Under the pieces are notes generated by a model. It was not told the origin of the DNA and ran no database searches. It was given only the letters and a program-made list of their open reading frames with translations. DNA of 59,352 nucleotides from Macrostomum lignano (lineage: Eukaryota): the NCBI GenBank assembly GCA_002269645.1, contig NIVC01000868.1, forward strand, positions 364,351-423,702. Reading direction: 5' to 3'. The position numbers and the translations under genes were made by a program. The number at the start of each line of letters is the position of its first letter. Position 1 is the first letter of the stretch. Shown here piece after piece: positions 23,156 through 35,841 of the stretch.

Positions 23156-23871
23156 AGCTTCGGGTGGACGGCGAGGCTTTTCAGCTGCACTAGGTCCCAG
23201 ACAGAGCATTCGCTGACGGGTCATCCAGTGCCTTTTCACATTTCATAAATTTTATGTAAATTGCATCGTATTTGTCTGTTGCATTTTTATGTTCAGCTCA
23301 ATAAATGCGAAAACCGTGTTCTGACTGGTAAATCTGCGGCTAAAGCTGTGTGTTAAGACAGTGCATGAGTTGCATTGCAGGATTCAGCACTGGATTGTAT
23401 TACGAGTTGTGATTATGATTTTCAACGACTGCTGTTGTTCTACTGCACTCCAGTTGAGAGAAGTGTAATTCAGTTCTGACTACAAAGTCTCGAAAGCATT
23501 TATCGACCACTTGCCAGCTGCAGATAAAAGCAGGGACTTCGGCGATATAAATTTACTATAGAAATCTATGGGTAATCCATAATTTACCTTAGAAGTCCCT
23601 GGTAAAAGCAAATTCATAATTTTAACGCGTTCGCAAGTTCAATAGGGCTGAAACATGCACATGCACGAGCTAGGTTCCTTTATGTCTGCAAGTATCTGAA
23701 CAAGAAGCTTAGAAATTTATTTTTTAAAGTTCTTTTAAAATCCATATATAGGCGAAAATATATCCGTAGTTAGTCATCAATGAAATTCGAGCCGCTACCA
23801 TGCAAGCACCGAGTGACACACGATAAGCATCAGAAAATTTCATTCATGAGGTGCGTGATGACCCGACAGTC

Positions 23872-26096
23872 TCACGAGCACACGGTGAAATTGGTCCCTG
23901 ACACGGACGTAGAGTTGCTGCCGGCCGGCAGGCACAGCTCGAACCACCTCAGTGGGAAAAGCGTCTCCTGAAACGCTCGCAGCACAATGGACGCGATTAA
24001 GCAGACGGCCAGGCACAGCCACGTCGCCAGCCGCCGGATCAGCACAGGCCGCAGCGGCGGCAGACTCGGAAGCTGAGTCAAGTCCAGCTCCACCTCACTC
24101 TCGTACGGGGTCGAGTACACTTTCGAGGCCGACCGGACGTGCCCGCGTTTGCCGGAGGCCAGTAGCGGCTCCGTTTGATCTTCGTCCACTGCGGACCGAG
24201 TCCTGCTGCCATGACGACCAGCTTTCAAACCCATCTGCTGGCCGGACGCTCTAACACGCGCATTGCTGACTTCCTTTTGCCAGTTCGTCCGCCAGATGAT
24301 GCCCCAGAAAACAACCGTCTCTATAGAGATTCCGACCAGAACGCCGATCCAGAATCCCTTCATCTCAAGCCCAGTGAGCAGGCTTAGAGGCAACCCAATG
24401 GGCAGAGCGATGACGTCATAGGCGATGATGTTCACGACAGCCCCGATCAACTGCCGCCCGCTGCCTTTCAGGACGCCCGACGCCGTGGCGGAGAGGCCAT
24501 CGACAAACGGGAAGGGAGCGTAGATTGTCATCAGCTCGGTGGTGGCGGCTTTCACCTCCGGATCGCTGGTGAAGATGCTAGCTATCGGGTCCTTGCAGGT
24601 CATGTAGGTCACGCAGATCACAGTGGAGGTGACCATGATAATAGTGACGGCCACCTTGCAGGTGTGGATGGCCTGCTCGACCTTACCAGCGCCAAGGTGC
24701 TGTCCGACTCGAATGTTTACAGCGATGGACATGCCGAGTCACACCATGTACAGCAGAGAGGCGGTCTGGAACACGATTGCCTGCGCCGCCAGCTGAAGGA
24801 GGCTGATGTTGCCCGCCACAAGGGTTCCTATCTGCAAATTTCACAAAAAAAGTAAAAAAAACATGACAACTGAAAACTCTTTCAGATTCACTGATAAGAT
24901 CATGCTGCTTTAAAGGTTCCAGTTATACTCGTACTTACCTCAAAGCTGATGTTCTCCAGCGATACGAGCAGCAGTCCCGGAACCGCCAGCCTTATGAACC
25001 CGCCGATGTCGTAGAGAGCCTCGGTCTTCCAGCCGTCCCAAGTGTCCTCGAACACGCGAAACACGCGGATGTACACCAGGATGCAGAGGCACATCACGAA
25101 CAGCGAGGCGGCCTGACACACCGCCGAGGCCTCGAACTCGAAGCCCATCACGTAGATGGCGATGTACTGCGACACCGCGTTGAACACATTGCCGATCACT
25201 GCGCACACGAGCGGCGGGTTGACGCGGTTCTGCGTCTGCAGATACCTCGCCAGCACCAAGAAAGTGTAGTCGAAAAACACACCGGGCATGAAGATGAGGA
25301 TGTAGCGAGCGGTCATGTCGCTGATGATCGGGTCCTGGCCCAGTAGCAGCAGCACTGGCTTGATGTTCAGGTGCAGGCAGTACACGGGCACCAGGAACAT
25401 GTACATGACGAGTAGGCTACGCTGCAGGTACAGTCCGACTCGCTTCTTGTGTCGGCTGCCGAAGGTCTGAGCAAAGTAGGTGTCACAGCCGGTGGACAGT
25501 CCGAGACCGATGCTCAGGGCGGCCACGTTGATGAGGGTGCAGGCGAGAGCGACAGCGTCCAGCTGCTCCTTGGACAGGTGGCCGCACATGATGACGCTGA
25601 TTGTCTGCAGCAGGAACTGGAAGAAGCAGGTGAGGAAGGCGGGCAGGTGCAGCTTGGCGATCTCGCGGAACTCGCTCCAGTAGCCGAGAGGGAAAAACTT
25701 TGCGCCGAAGCGGTCGGCCACGCCCAAGAGGCCGCTTCTCGGTTCGGCCTCGTAGAGCGCTCTGGAGGACTGGTCCCTGCAGTGCGGAGGGACGGACAGT
25801 TTCTTGATTGCTTCAAGCTATGCCTGTACGGCGAAAGTAGAGAAAACAGTCAAGCACAGAATTATTATTTCGTGTGGAAAATCAAAACGGAAAGCGGCAT
25901 TTCCTCGGCAACCCAAATTACATGCCCGATTTTCAGTATTTTTGCATCATGATACTGAGCCAATTTCAGAGTACGAGTCTCACCTGAACTCCAGTACGGC
26001 GCCATCAAGTGCTCCGTACGCGGCGGTGTCCTTGCCCCGCTTCTCACCAGCTGGCAGGTCAGCCCCGTGATGTTGGGCGCCACCGCTATGCGACAT
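23872..26096 (-). CDS. SLC47A1-like: MATE/SLC47 multidrug-toxin extrusion transporter, copy 1 (636 aa); exons 26096-25984, 25776-24939, 24831-23872
   Basis: MCGHLSKEQLDAVALA, GLSTGCDTYFAQTFG, IRVGQHLGAG, GVLKGSGRQ motifs and an extra C-terminal TM helix; splice phases consistent. Confidence 0.93.
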
Positions 26097-26556
26097 GCTT
26101 GCTACTGAATGAGCAGCTGTCTGCCAATAAAACCGCTGAGAATAGCCGCCTTTCGCTTTCTCTATGCCTTTCTCTATGCTTTCGGCACTGATCAAGCGAG
26201 ACTAAGCTTCAAATGGCTAGAAAAACTACGAGTAGTGCTATCAAGTAAAAGCACTGGGAGATAAGCGCAATCACAGATTCACCTGCCCAGTTTAGCTTGG
26301 TTTTACTGCCTCTTGCTAGACTGGGGCGAAAATCTGCTATCTGAGCTCTGTGATATTGAAAGTTTTTCCAGGGTTTTTGTTTTTCCTGACCAAGCACAAC
26401 TTTGCTGCTATCAAATTTTTACGCACTTTGAATTCTGGCGCCAGAAGTTGTATTTTAGGGCAATCTGTTTGACAATTTGTGCGCAGCCGTTTCTGCAACT
26501 ATTTTGCGAGCGTAGCACTCACTGCAACGTGGGCAAAGGGCCCCGAAAGAGGCTTT

Positions 26557-28688
26557 TGATGTAACCACGCTCTGGTCGCGGGATAGGGCAGCGGAACTTT
26601 TTCGAAAGTGCCTCCTATCGCCGTGCACCCCCTGCACAGAGCTGTTGAGACTCGGCCAGGTCTTCGACCAGGCCTGGAGACTCCCGCTCTGCTGCAACCC
26701 CCCTGCTGCCTTGGCTCCGTCTCCCCTGCCGCCACACTTGCCTTTCCGGAGCTCCCCCTCCCTCTTTGTACCTCCCCCTCTACCTTATCTCCCCTGCGCG
26801 CCTCCCTATTCTCTATGCACTCTTCCTGTCCCCCCCCTTTTTGCCCCTTTTGCCCTATTTTCCTAAAAAACTCCTTCTCGAACTATATTCCTTCTATACT
26901 CCTATATTCCTATTTTCCTTCTCGAACTCCCAAACGGTGACGCAAGTCGTGTGACCCCTCCTTCCCCTCGATGATTCATCGATGACTCATCCCCCTCTCT
27001 TGCGCAACCTTTTCTCACGCCATTGTTCTCCTCCCCAAATTTCTCATGCGACACCCACCCCACCTCCGCTTCTATTGTTCTCGTTTTTGATTCTTTTGTT
27101 CTCTTTACCCCCACCAATTATCACATTTTCTCCGATTTTCTCTTTCTATTGTTCTCAGTTCTCCCCAATTATCCCCGTTTTCCAATTCCTTTGTTCTCGA
27201 CCCCAGCCCCATTGTTCTCAATGTTTGCTTGCGCAACACTTTTGCGACCTCCCGCTGCGCCAATTATCCCCCACCTCACCTCCGGATTGCGCAATTCTCC
27301 CATTTCTCATGTTGCTATGCCGTTCTCATGCTTCTCATCATGACTCACTCTGACGTCATTCTGCCGGCAGCCAATCAGAGAGAGGGAGTCATGGAAACGA
27401 CCTTGGAGCGGCGGCTGGGAAGGCTATATAAGGAAGCGGTTTTCGGCATGAGAATCCTCAACCTTCGGGCTCCTCGTCTTTCTTTGGACTTGCTGTCAGA
27501 CGTAGCTCTGACCTATTCGTCTATAGGACGAACCTCTGCCGGTCCGCGGTTTGATACCGCCAAGTTATCTTCAGCTCCCCAATTGAGCTCGCCTATCGGC
27601 CAGCGGTCTGATACCGCCCAGCATCATCAGCATCGCCTGATCTACATCAGCGCCTCGTCGCTTCAGCGCATCGCCGCTTCACTGTCTGCCTGACTGCAGC
27701 CTACAGCCGCCCTCGGTCACTCCGCCTCTCTCTCTCTGTGCAGCTGCCGGTAAGTTCCTATTACTAGTTTGTGCTCTAATCGCCTTGCTTATCCGGGGTT
27801 TGCCTATTTGCCATTGCTTAATTAGAGAGCTGAGCCAATTGTGATACGTAACTTTTGCTGTATTTTACTCAATAGTGAAGCCGCCTAATTGCCTGACTAT
27901 TTGCCTAAGGCCCTAATTATTAACTATTAACTAACCTCATCATTATTCACTCTTTCACCATCATTTCACCCATGGCTTGCTAAGCCTTTCTCCCGGGGTG
28001 GCTAAGCATAAGGAAGTTTGGGTAAGCTAATGGCCTCTCCCCGTGCAAAGCTCGCCTGTGAGTGCGTGCTGCGGGGCCGTGTGTGCGTGCAGTAGAGGGA
28101 TTAGCGAGTCTTGGCACAGAATGGCAGTAGGAAGGTTGCAACCCCATGCTGACGCGTCCCTCCGCCCTGAGCAATCTAAACTATAGACAGTACATGTTCG
28201 CCTCATACTACTCTTAGTAATCAAAGTCGCAAGTCAGCCTCGCTCACAGCCACAAAGGATCCCCTGCTAAGAAATCCTCCAGATTGAGCCCAGAGTTCCC
28301 GATCATGCCCCAAGCAGAGTCCCTCGGCTGCATGTGTCTCCCCTGTTAGCCTAAATCTCCTGGTAACCATCCCAGGCGGGGCTCTAGCCTCGAGAGGTCT
28401 GGTAGAAAGATCCAGGTGCGCCAGGTCACATAGAGTGGTGGCAGCCACTCGGTCATACTATGACCGAGTGACCAACTATTGCACCTTGGCTACAGGTGGG
28501 GTCCATGTGGGTCCTTGGCCCTCTGGTCACAAAGCGCTACCAAAGCTATCAATCATGTGGGCGGGACAGTCTGGTGCTGGAGGTCCGTCAGGTCATTGCC
28601 CGGTCATAGGCAGCCTACGGTCATTTCCCCCTCTAGTCATGCGTTCGTCTCTCTACGGAGCGGACAGGCAACAAGGGCGGTTACATCA
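26557..28688 (+). mobile_element. Long (2132 bp) solo LTR, Gypsy-type
   Basis: Perfect 10-bp terminal inverted repeat TGATGTAACC...GGTTACATCA; 4-bp TSD CTTT on both sides; internal promoter cassette; no convincing ORF. Confidence 0.7.
27341..27432 (+). promoter_or_regulatory. Pol II promoter cassette within the solo LTR (AP-1, CRE, CCAAT, TATA)
   Basis: TGACTCA 27341, TGACGTCA 27351, CCAAT 27371, TATATAAG 27425, in canonical order. Confidence 0.55.
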
Positions 28689-29152
28689 CTTTGGAGATAT
28701 CGAAATCTCACTAAATGTATTTTTGATGGAGAGCATGTTCTTGCTTATTGAAAGCTGTCAAGTTTATTTTAATATAAATACACTGTTGCTTAAACAGATA
28801 GACACACCTGTAGATTAAGCAGAGGCACATGTTTTGTAATAATAGATAAAGCAAAGAGAGATTAGTGAGGTATGATTTGTTTGAAGGGCCGGAATCACTG
28901 GAAAAGTGGGCACGAGTTTTCTTCCAATACGAGCATGAAGAAGGGCTTCTGACAGAGTCTTGTCGACTATCGTCTTCTTTATTAGACTTTGGTCTTTGGT
29001 CATCTCATAAGATTTCAATTATCATCACCAGACTCACTGGACTTCAGTTTAGAAATTTCCATTCCAGATGCTGTGACAATGCATTACTGCCAATTTAGAC
29101 AGCTGTTGTTGTGGTTTTGGGTACGAGCGTAGAAATATTTGGGTAAATCGAT

Positions 29153-29937
29153 AGGCGATTCGGTGCGGTTGTAATGCGATTCCGTTTGATACGATTCGGT
29201 TCGGTCAGATTTGGTTCAGTACGATTCGGTTCGGTACGATTCGATTCGGTACGATTTGGCTCAGTACGATTCGGTTCGGTACGATTCGATTCGGTACGAT
29301 TTGGCTCAGTACGATTCGGTTCGGTACGATTCGATTCCGTACGATTCGGTTCGGTACGATTCGGTTCGTTACGATTCGGCTCGGTACGGTTCGGTTCAGT
29401 TCAGTACGATTCGATTCGGTACGATTCGGTTCGGTACGATTCGGTTCGGTACGAATCGGTTCGGTACGATTAGAGGTAGGATCCAGTTCGGTACGATTAG
29501 AGGTAGGATTCGGTTCAGTACGATTAGAGGTAGGATTCGGTTCAGTACGATCCGGTTCGGTACGATTAGAGGTAGGATTCGGTTCGGTACGATTCGGTTT
29601 GGTAGGTTTCGGTTCGGTACGATTAGAGGTAGGATTCGGTTCAGTACGATCCGGTTCGGTACGATTAGAGGTAGGATTCGGTTCAGTACGATCCGGTTCG
29701 GTACGATTAGAGGTAGGATTCGGTTCAGTACGATCCGGTTCGGTACGATTAGAGGTAGGATTCGGTTCAGTACGATCCGGTTCGGTACGATTAGAGGTAG
29801 GATTCGGTTCAGTACGATCCGGTTCGGTACGATTATAGGTAGGATCCGGTTCGGTACGATTAGAGGAAGGATCCGGTTCGGTACGATTCGGTTTGGTAGG
29901 TTTCGGCTCGTTACATTTCGGTTCGGTACGATTCGGT
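29153..29937. repeat. Complex satellite built from TTCGG/TACGA pentamers, grading into a 42-bp unit
   Basis: Direct repetition; 42-bp unit GGTTCGGTACGATTAGAGGTAGGATTCGGTTCAGTACGATCC at ~29610-29830. Confidence 0.93.
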
Positions 29938-30650
29938 AATTTTTACTGTTTTGGGGTAAATCGGCAGAATCGCCACAATGTCAATGATTGCCTTGTGAGG
30001 TTTGCGTGTGAGGTTGTGCCTTCATGCTTGTGTTTGTTATTTTATCCCTTCTATTTGGTCACGTGCTCTTTGTACATGCGGCTCTGTACATTTTAACCTC
30101 TGCCCATCAGGGGTGCGTGGTTTTTACTCTAATCGTTATTTTACAAGCTGCGCTCTCTTGTCCGATCAGATTGTCAATCGAATCACAGTGGAAAATTTTA
30201 AGCCTCAAATTTTCTGACATGCCGTGAGCAAATAGCAGTTTCCATGACGTCATAAAGTTATTAGGCTCCATTGTTGATTACGTGAAAACCCATTGCATAA
30301 TTTGCAAAAACCAACCAAAATGGAAACTTAACTTATACATCAAACTGATTAAAAAACTCATGAAGTAGCGAAAAAAAGAAATTCGAGTCATGAGTCACTA
30401 AAATAGACTCAGAAATTCGACTTTAGTTTGTTGCAAAACTAGCTTTGCTGCTATCAGTTGGCTAAATACTGAAGTATGCTGAAAATATATACGTATTGTT
30501 AACGAATAGCAACATGGGTCAGTAAATGAGCACCCATAGCGATAAATATCTAGCGTCTAGGTCACCATTTCCCTGATGCTTGGTGGTCAGTGGGTCACCA
30601 TCTCACTGATGCGTATTCGCTCAAGGGCTCTTGGAAAAACTATTGAAAGT

Positions 30651-32799
30651 TCAACTACAGAAAGTTATATTGGACTCAAGCTTCAGGGACTCTGAGCCGT
30701 TTCTAGCTGGCAGGCACAGGTCAAACCACCTAAGCGGAACCAGCACACCTTGGAATAACCGCAGCACAATGGCAGCAGCCAAGCAGACGGCCAGGCACAG
30801 CCACGTCGCCAGCCGCCGGATCAGCACAGGCCGCAGCGGCGGCAGACTCGGAGGCTGAGTCAAGTCCAGCTCCACCTCACTCTCGTACGGAGTCGAGTAC
30901 ACTCGCCAGGCCGACCGGACGTGAGAGGGCTTAATTTCTGAGGCCAGTAGCGGCTCCGTTTGATCTTCTCTGCTCACATTTTTACGACGTCTCTTAGGCG
31001 TCTTTTTGATCTGCTGACCGGACGCTCTGGACAGCGCTGCGGCTGCTTGCTTCTCCCAGTTGGTCCGCCAGATGATAAGCCAGAATACAATGCTCTGAAG
31101 CACGATGCCGAGCAACATTGCGATCCAGAACCCCTTCATTTGCAGCGGGGTGAGCAGACTCAGCGGAATCCCGATCGGCAGCGAGATGAAGTCGTAGGCG
31201 ACGATGTTGACGGCGGCACCGATCAGCTGCTGGCCGCTGCCCTTCAGGACGCCGGCCGCGGTGGCAGACAGGCCATCAAAGTAGGGGTACGGGGCGTACA
31301 CAGCCAGCAGCTCCACAGTTGCCGCCTTCACTTCCGGATCGCTGGTGAAGATGCTCGCCACCTGCTCCCTGCAGGTAGCGAAAAATACGCAAATCAAAGT
31401 TGATGTCACTAAAATCATTGTCACGGCCACCTTGCAGGTATGCTTGGCCTTCTCAATGCTGCCAGCGCCCAGGTGCTGACCAACACGGATGTTCACCGCG
31501 ATTGACATGCCGATGCACACCATATACAGCAGGCTGATGCTCTGGAATAGAATGGCCTGCGCTGCCAGCTGCACTGCGTTCAGATTGCCCGCCAGGAATG
31601 TTCCCACCTGCAAGTGCATGCAGTCAAATGCGGGTCCAGTATAGAAAAAAGTTTTAAACGGTTTGGTCTTGAATTTTGGTCTTCAAGAGCATCGCTAATA
31701 TGGCAATATAAAATGCAGTGGCAATTTCTTTGTGCCGACCAATTTACTGCAACTGAAAAAATATACACTAACCTCAAAGCTGATGTTCTCCAGCGATACG
31801 AGCAGCAGTCCCGGAACCGCCAGCCTGATGAATCCGCCGATGTCGTAGAGAGCCTCGGTCTTCCAGCCGTCCCAAGTCTCCTCGAACACGCGAAACACGC
31901 GGATGTACACCAGGATGCAGAGGCACATCACGAAAAGCGAGGCGGCCTGACACACCGCCGAGGCCTCGAACTCGAAGCCCATCACGTAGATGGCGATGTA
32001 CTGCGACACCGCGTTGAACACATTGCCGATCACTGCGCACACGAGCGGCGGGTTGACGCGGTTCTGCGTCTGCAGATACCTCGCCAGCACCAAGAAAGTG
32101 TAGTCGAAAAACACACCGGGCATGAAGATGAGGATGTAGCGAGCGGTCATGTCGCTGATGATCGGGTCCTGGCCCAGTAGCAGCAGCACTGGCTTGATGT
32201 TCAGGTGCAGGCAGTACACGGGCACCAGGAACATGTACATGACGAGTAGGCTACGCTGCAGGTACAGTCCGACTCGCTTCTTGTGTCGGCTGCCGAAGGT
32301 CTGAGCAAAGTAGGTGTCACAGCCGGTGGACAGTCCGAGACCGATGCTCAGGGCGGCCACGTTGATGAGGGTGCAGGCGAGAGCGACAGCGTCCAGCTGC
32401 TCCTTGGACAGGTGGCCGCACATGATGACGCTGATTGTCTGCAGCAGGAACTGGAAGAAGCAGGTGAGGAAGGCGGGCAGGTGCAGCTTGGCGATCTCGC
32501 GGAACTCGCTCCAGTAGCCGAGAGGGAAAAACTTTGCGCCGAAGCGGTCGGCCACGCCCAAGAGGCCGCTTCTCGGTTCGGCCTCGTAGAGCGCTCTGGA
32601 GGACTGGTCCCTGGAAAGGTTGTTTTTATTCTTCATGCATGCTTTATGACCTCGTAATGCATTTAACTTGATGCCCTATTTGTGCGGCCAACCTGAACTT
32701 AATCTCCGCTCCGCCGCCATCGGTTGCTCCGTATGCTGCTCCCAGCTTCCCCTCCACGAACACGAGGTCGGTGCGACTTTCGCTGTTGCGGTCTGCCAT
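30651..32799 (-). CDS. SLC47A1-like: MATE/SLC47 transporter, copy 2 (633 aa); exons 32799-32693, 32610-31773, 31607-30651
   Basis: Same motifs and same intron positions and phases as copy 1. Confidence 0.93.
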
Positions 32800-33433
32800 G
32801 GGTTTTGCGTGCTCAGGTCGGAGATTCAGAAATTAGCAGCTCAGCAGTTGTAGTTAGAGATTGCGGGACCACGCGCACACGCAGTGCTACCTGAGACAGT
32901 CTGGACTTTTTGGCGTTGGTTTTATGATTTTATTAGAAAAGTTTTTTGCTATGGTCGGCAGTCTTATCGGACCTTTACTACTGCAGGCTGATACGATTCT
33001 CATAAAAAAGTATTGAGTACGCTTCTAGGTCGTATTCGAGTTGTTTATTTTCAGAACCCTCTTCGCGACAGTGCCTAAAATATTGATTCAGGTCTACATG
33101 TAGTGACAGAACTTGGTTCTCTATCTCAATCTACGAGTATTTCTACAGCAGGGATTCGTCTGACAACATTTAATTAGAGCACTCTTCTGACGATACTGAT
33201 ATGGGAATCAGTAATATGGTGATATTTAATACAGAGCTTCATTTGGTTGTAAATTCGGCTGAAATGAGTGGGTCAGTGAGCCATGCACCGTCAGATCTGG
33301 GTATGACCTAAACTTCCAGCTCCCCTCCACTGCCAACCGCGCACGGGGTGCCCAAGTACCCAGACTGTTTTCTATTACTGCAATTAGAATTACAGCCAGA
33401 GTTACCTGTCAAAATAAATACCCAATGTTGCAG

Positions 33434-33922
33434 TTGGAGAAGCCGGACAAGATTCCCATGGAGACATTTTAGACTTAGTCATATACTCGTATGTATACCC
33501 AGAGATTTATCCCCAGATCTGCTGACGTCACATCCTTTCATCGTCCACATCGCCGTCCTCCCCATGGACGAGAGACATCAACGATTGCGACTGTGTTCGG
33601 ACCGAGGCCCGAGAACGTACTTTTCACGATTAACGACGTCTTCAGCAGTCTCACCAAGGAGACGTTCCACGGCGTCCACTATGAAGAGATCCTGCCCTGT
33701 CCCAAGTGCTTGAATTCTCCTGTACTTATCGCTGGCACTCTCACGGTCCTACAGTGGCGGGCCCAGCAAACCGCTGTGTGCCTGCTGATCCAGGCCAGAG
33801 GCCTGAGCTTCAACCATATGCAGGGCGCCGAGGGCGAAAAATGCCTGCAGGCTGACACGCTCGCCCGCTCGGGATTGGCGCAGCAGCTGCTGCTGAAGCA
33901 GCTGAGCAGCTTAGAAGACTGA
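33434..33922 (+). pseudogene. Degraded exon fragments resembling the C-terminal COR region of ROCO/LRRK-like proteins
   Basis: HIAVL and VFGPRPENVLFTINDVFSSLTKETFHGVHYEEILPCPKC lie in different frames, and no upstream gene body fits. Family assignment is from memory. Confidence 0.3.
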
Positions 33923-35841
33923 GAACTAACAGGAAGGAGTTCAGCTTTGCGTCACTTGTCCTGTTGGTTTGTATTATTTGCATTGAACTAAACATTTTGC
34001 GACTTTTGAGTAAACTTCTTGGCCTGATGGTGGCTGACGGAGTGGTTCGAGGTTGCATCTTCACAGTGTGGAAAATCCTGGAATATATGTGAGCCTTCAA
34101 GCAGACAAAGCCACTCTTAGAAGACTTGACTGTCAAACTAACTTGGTAGTTAAATAATAGAAAGAATTTGCTTTAAAAGAGCTGCTTACAATTCATATCC
34201 ACGTGAGCTGCATTTTACAGGTGACGCGAAAATAAAATAATTATTTCTGGAATTTCGCATCAGAAACTTTGCTTACTCTGGAATTTGCAGCTGAAGAGTT
34301 CGGTCCTGTCCTTAGGTGCTGTGGCTGTGACAAGCTGCTGTAGCTCTGCCCGGAGCACCAAAGAGCCGGAAACGGCCGGGTGACGGTGCTGCCTGCCGGG
34401 TCGATGGGTGGCCGGACCGCGAACTCGATTTCCGAGGGCGACCGGCTCTTCGCACGGTCGGCGCGGGAAACCCTGGCCTCAGACAGGTCGAGCATGGACG
34501 GGGCAAAGTACAAGGAGTACCTCGAGGAGCAGGAGAGCTGCATCCTGGCAGCGCGGGTGGCGGGCCAGCAGAGCCGGAGGTCCTCACGGCCTGTCAGGTG
34601 TCGATGATGAAGACCCGCAACAAAGTCTGCAGCTTGCAGGAGTGACTGCTTCCTGGTTCTGATTCTTCTGCTTTTCCACAGACTTTAACATAACTGACTT
34701 TTTTGCTGTTTTTAATGCACGCAGCGAGCCTTTTGAACCAGGTAGGAACAAAAAGTCGCGTGACTTATCATTAATGTTCTCTAGTTTGCAGAGTGCACGA
34801 AATGAGATTCTAAACAATTTCTTCGATTCCAAAATAATGAAATTTAACTTGCATAGGAGCGTCATGCGTTGAATAGCAGTTTTTTATCTAAACAGAAGCG
34901 AGTTAATTTTTCCGTTTTTAACCATTGGGTAAGCCATTGCTAGCTCGTATTTTGCAGATTTATATAGCTTGTGTTCAATTTTCTCCGACAAGCATAACAT
35001 ATTTTTATCTTTTATCAAACGGTAAAAAATTAATTAAAACGCTATAATTTTAGCAATAGTTTTAGCTTTAGTGTGCTACTACTACTAGCAAAATTCCATA
35101 TGAAGCTTCAAGACTCTGCAATGTCAATCCGTGAATTGCGTGCAATGCGCAACAGCCTTCTAAGCCATAATGGCGCGGCGCGTGGACTCCCTCCCCCAGC
35201 CAGTCTCCACCTTTGTTCACCTGGCAGGCAGCCTGCAGCCTCTGTCGCCCCTGGCGTGACTCAGCAGGCCGGTTTGTCACGCCAGAGAAGCATCGGCAAG
35301 AAATTTCCATACCATGAGAACCTTTATAAAAGTTTCATAAGCAACTCGAGCCAAAGCCTAAGTTGCATGATTGGCCCAAGCGTTTTAATAATTGAAAGCC
35401 TGTCGCTCCACAGCTGAAGTCCCGCAGCGGTTAGCTTTGCAGAAGCGGGACCCTGGCCTATGGGTGCCATTCTATGGCGATGTCTTACGCTGTTCTCTCA
35501 TTGTTATTATTTTTAATACGCTCATCATTAAGGGCGAAGCAGGAGTAAGTGGCAGCTGCAAAATGATTGAGGATGCCTAATTTAGAAAATTCTGCAAGGA
35601 GAAAACTTTTCTGCCTCGGAGAGCCTGGGAGGACACAAGCAGCAGTTTCTCACGCGAAAGAATGCCAAGCAGGAACCGCGGACAAATTAGCTTCCAGGAA
35701 CGCAGCGGCATCTCAAACTGGGGAAAGAATTCGCCGTACAGCGTCTAAGCAACAGCAAAACCGGTAAAATCCCGCCAAATCTGCTTCGGCAGAATGCAAT
35801 TTCTTTTGCCCAGCCTCATTATCCGCAAGCTAAAGCTCTCG

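Noticed and set aside
26455-28818. ORFs inside the solo LTR
   Set aside because: Low-complexity pyrimidine-rich translations with no gag, pol or env motifs.
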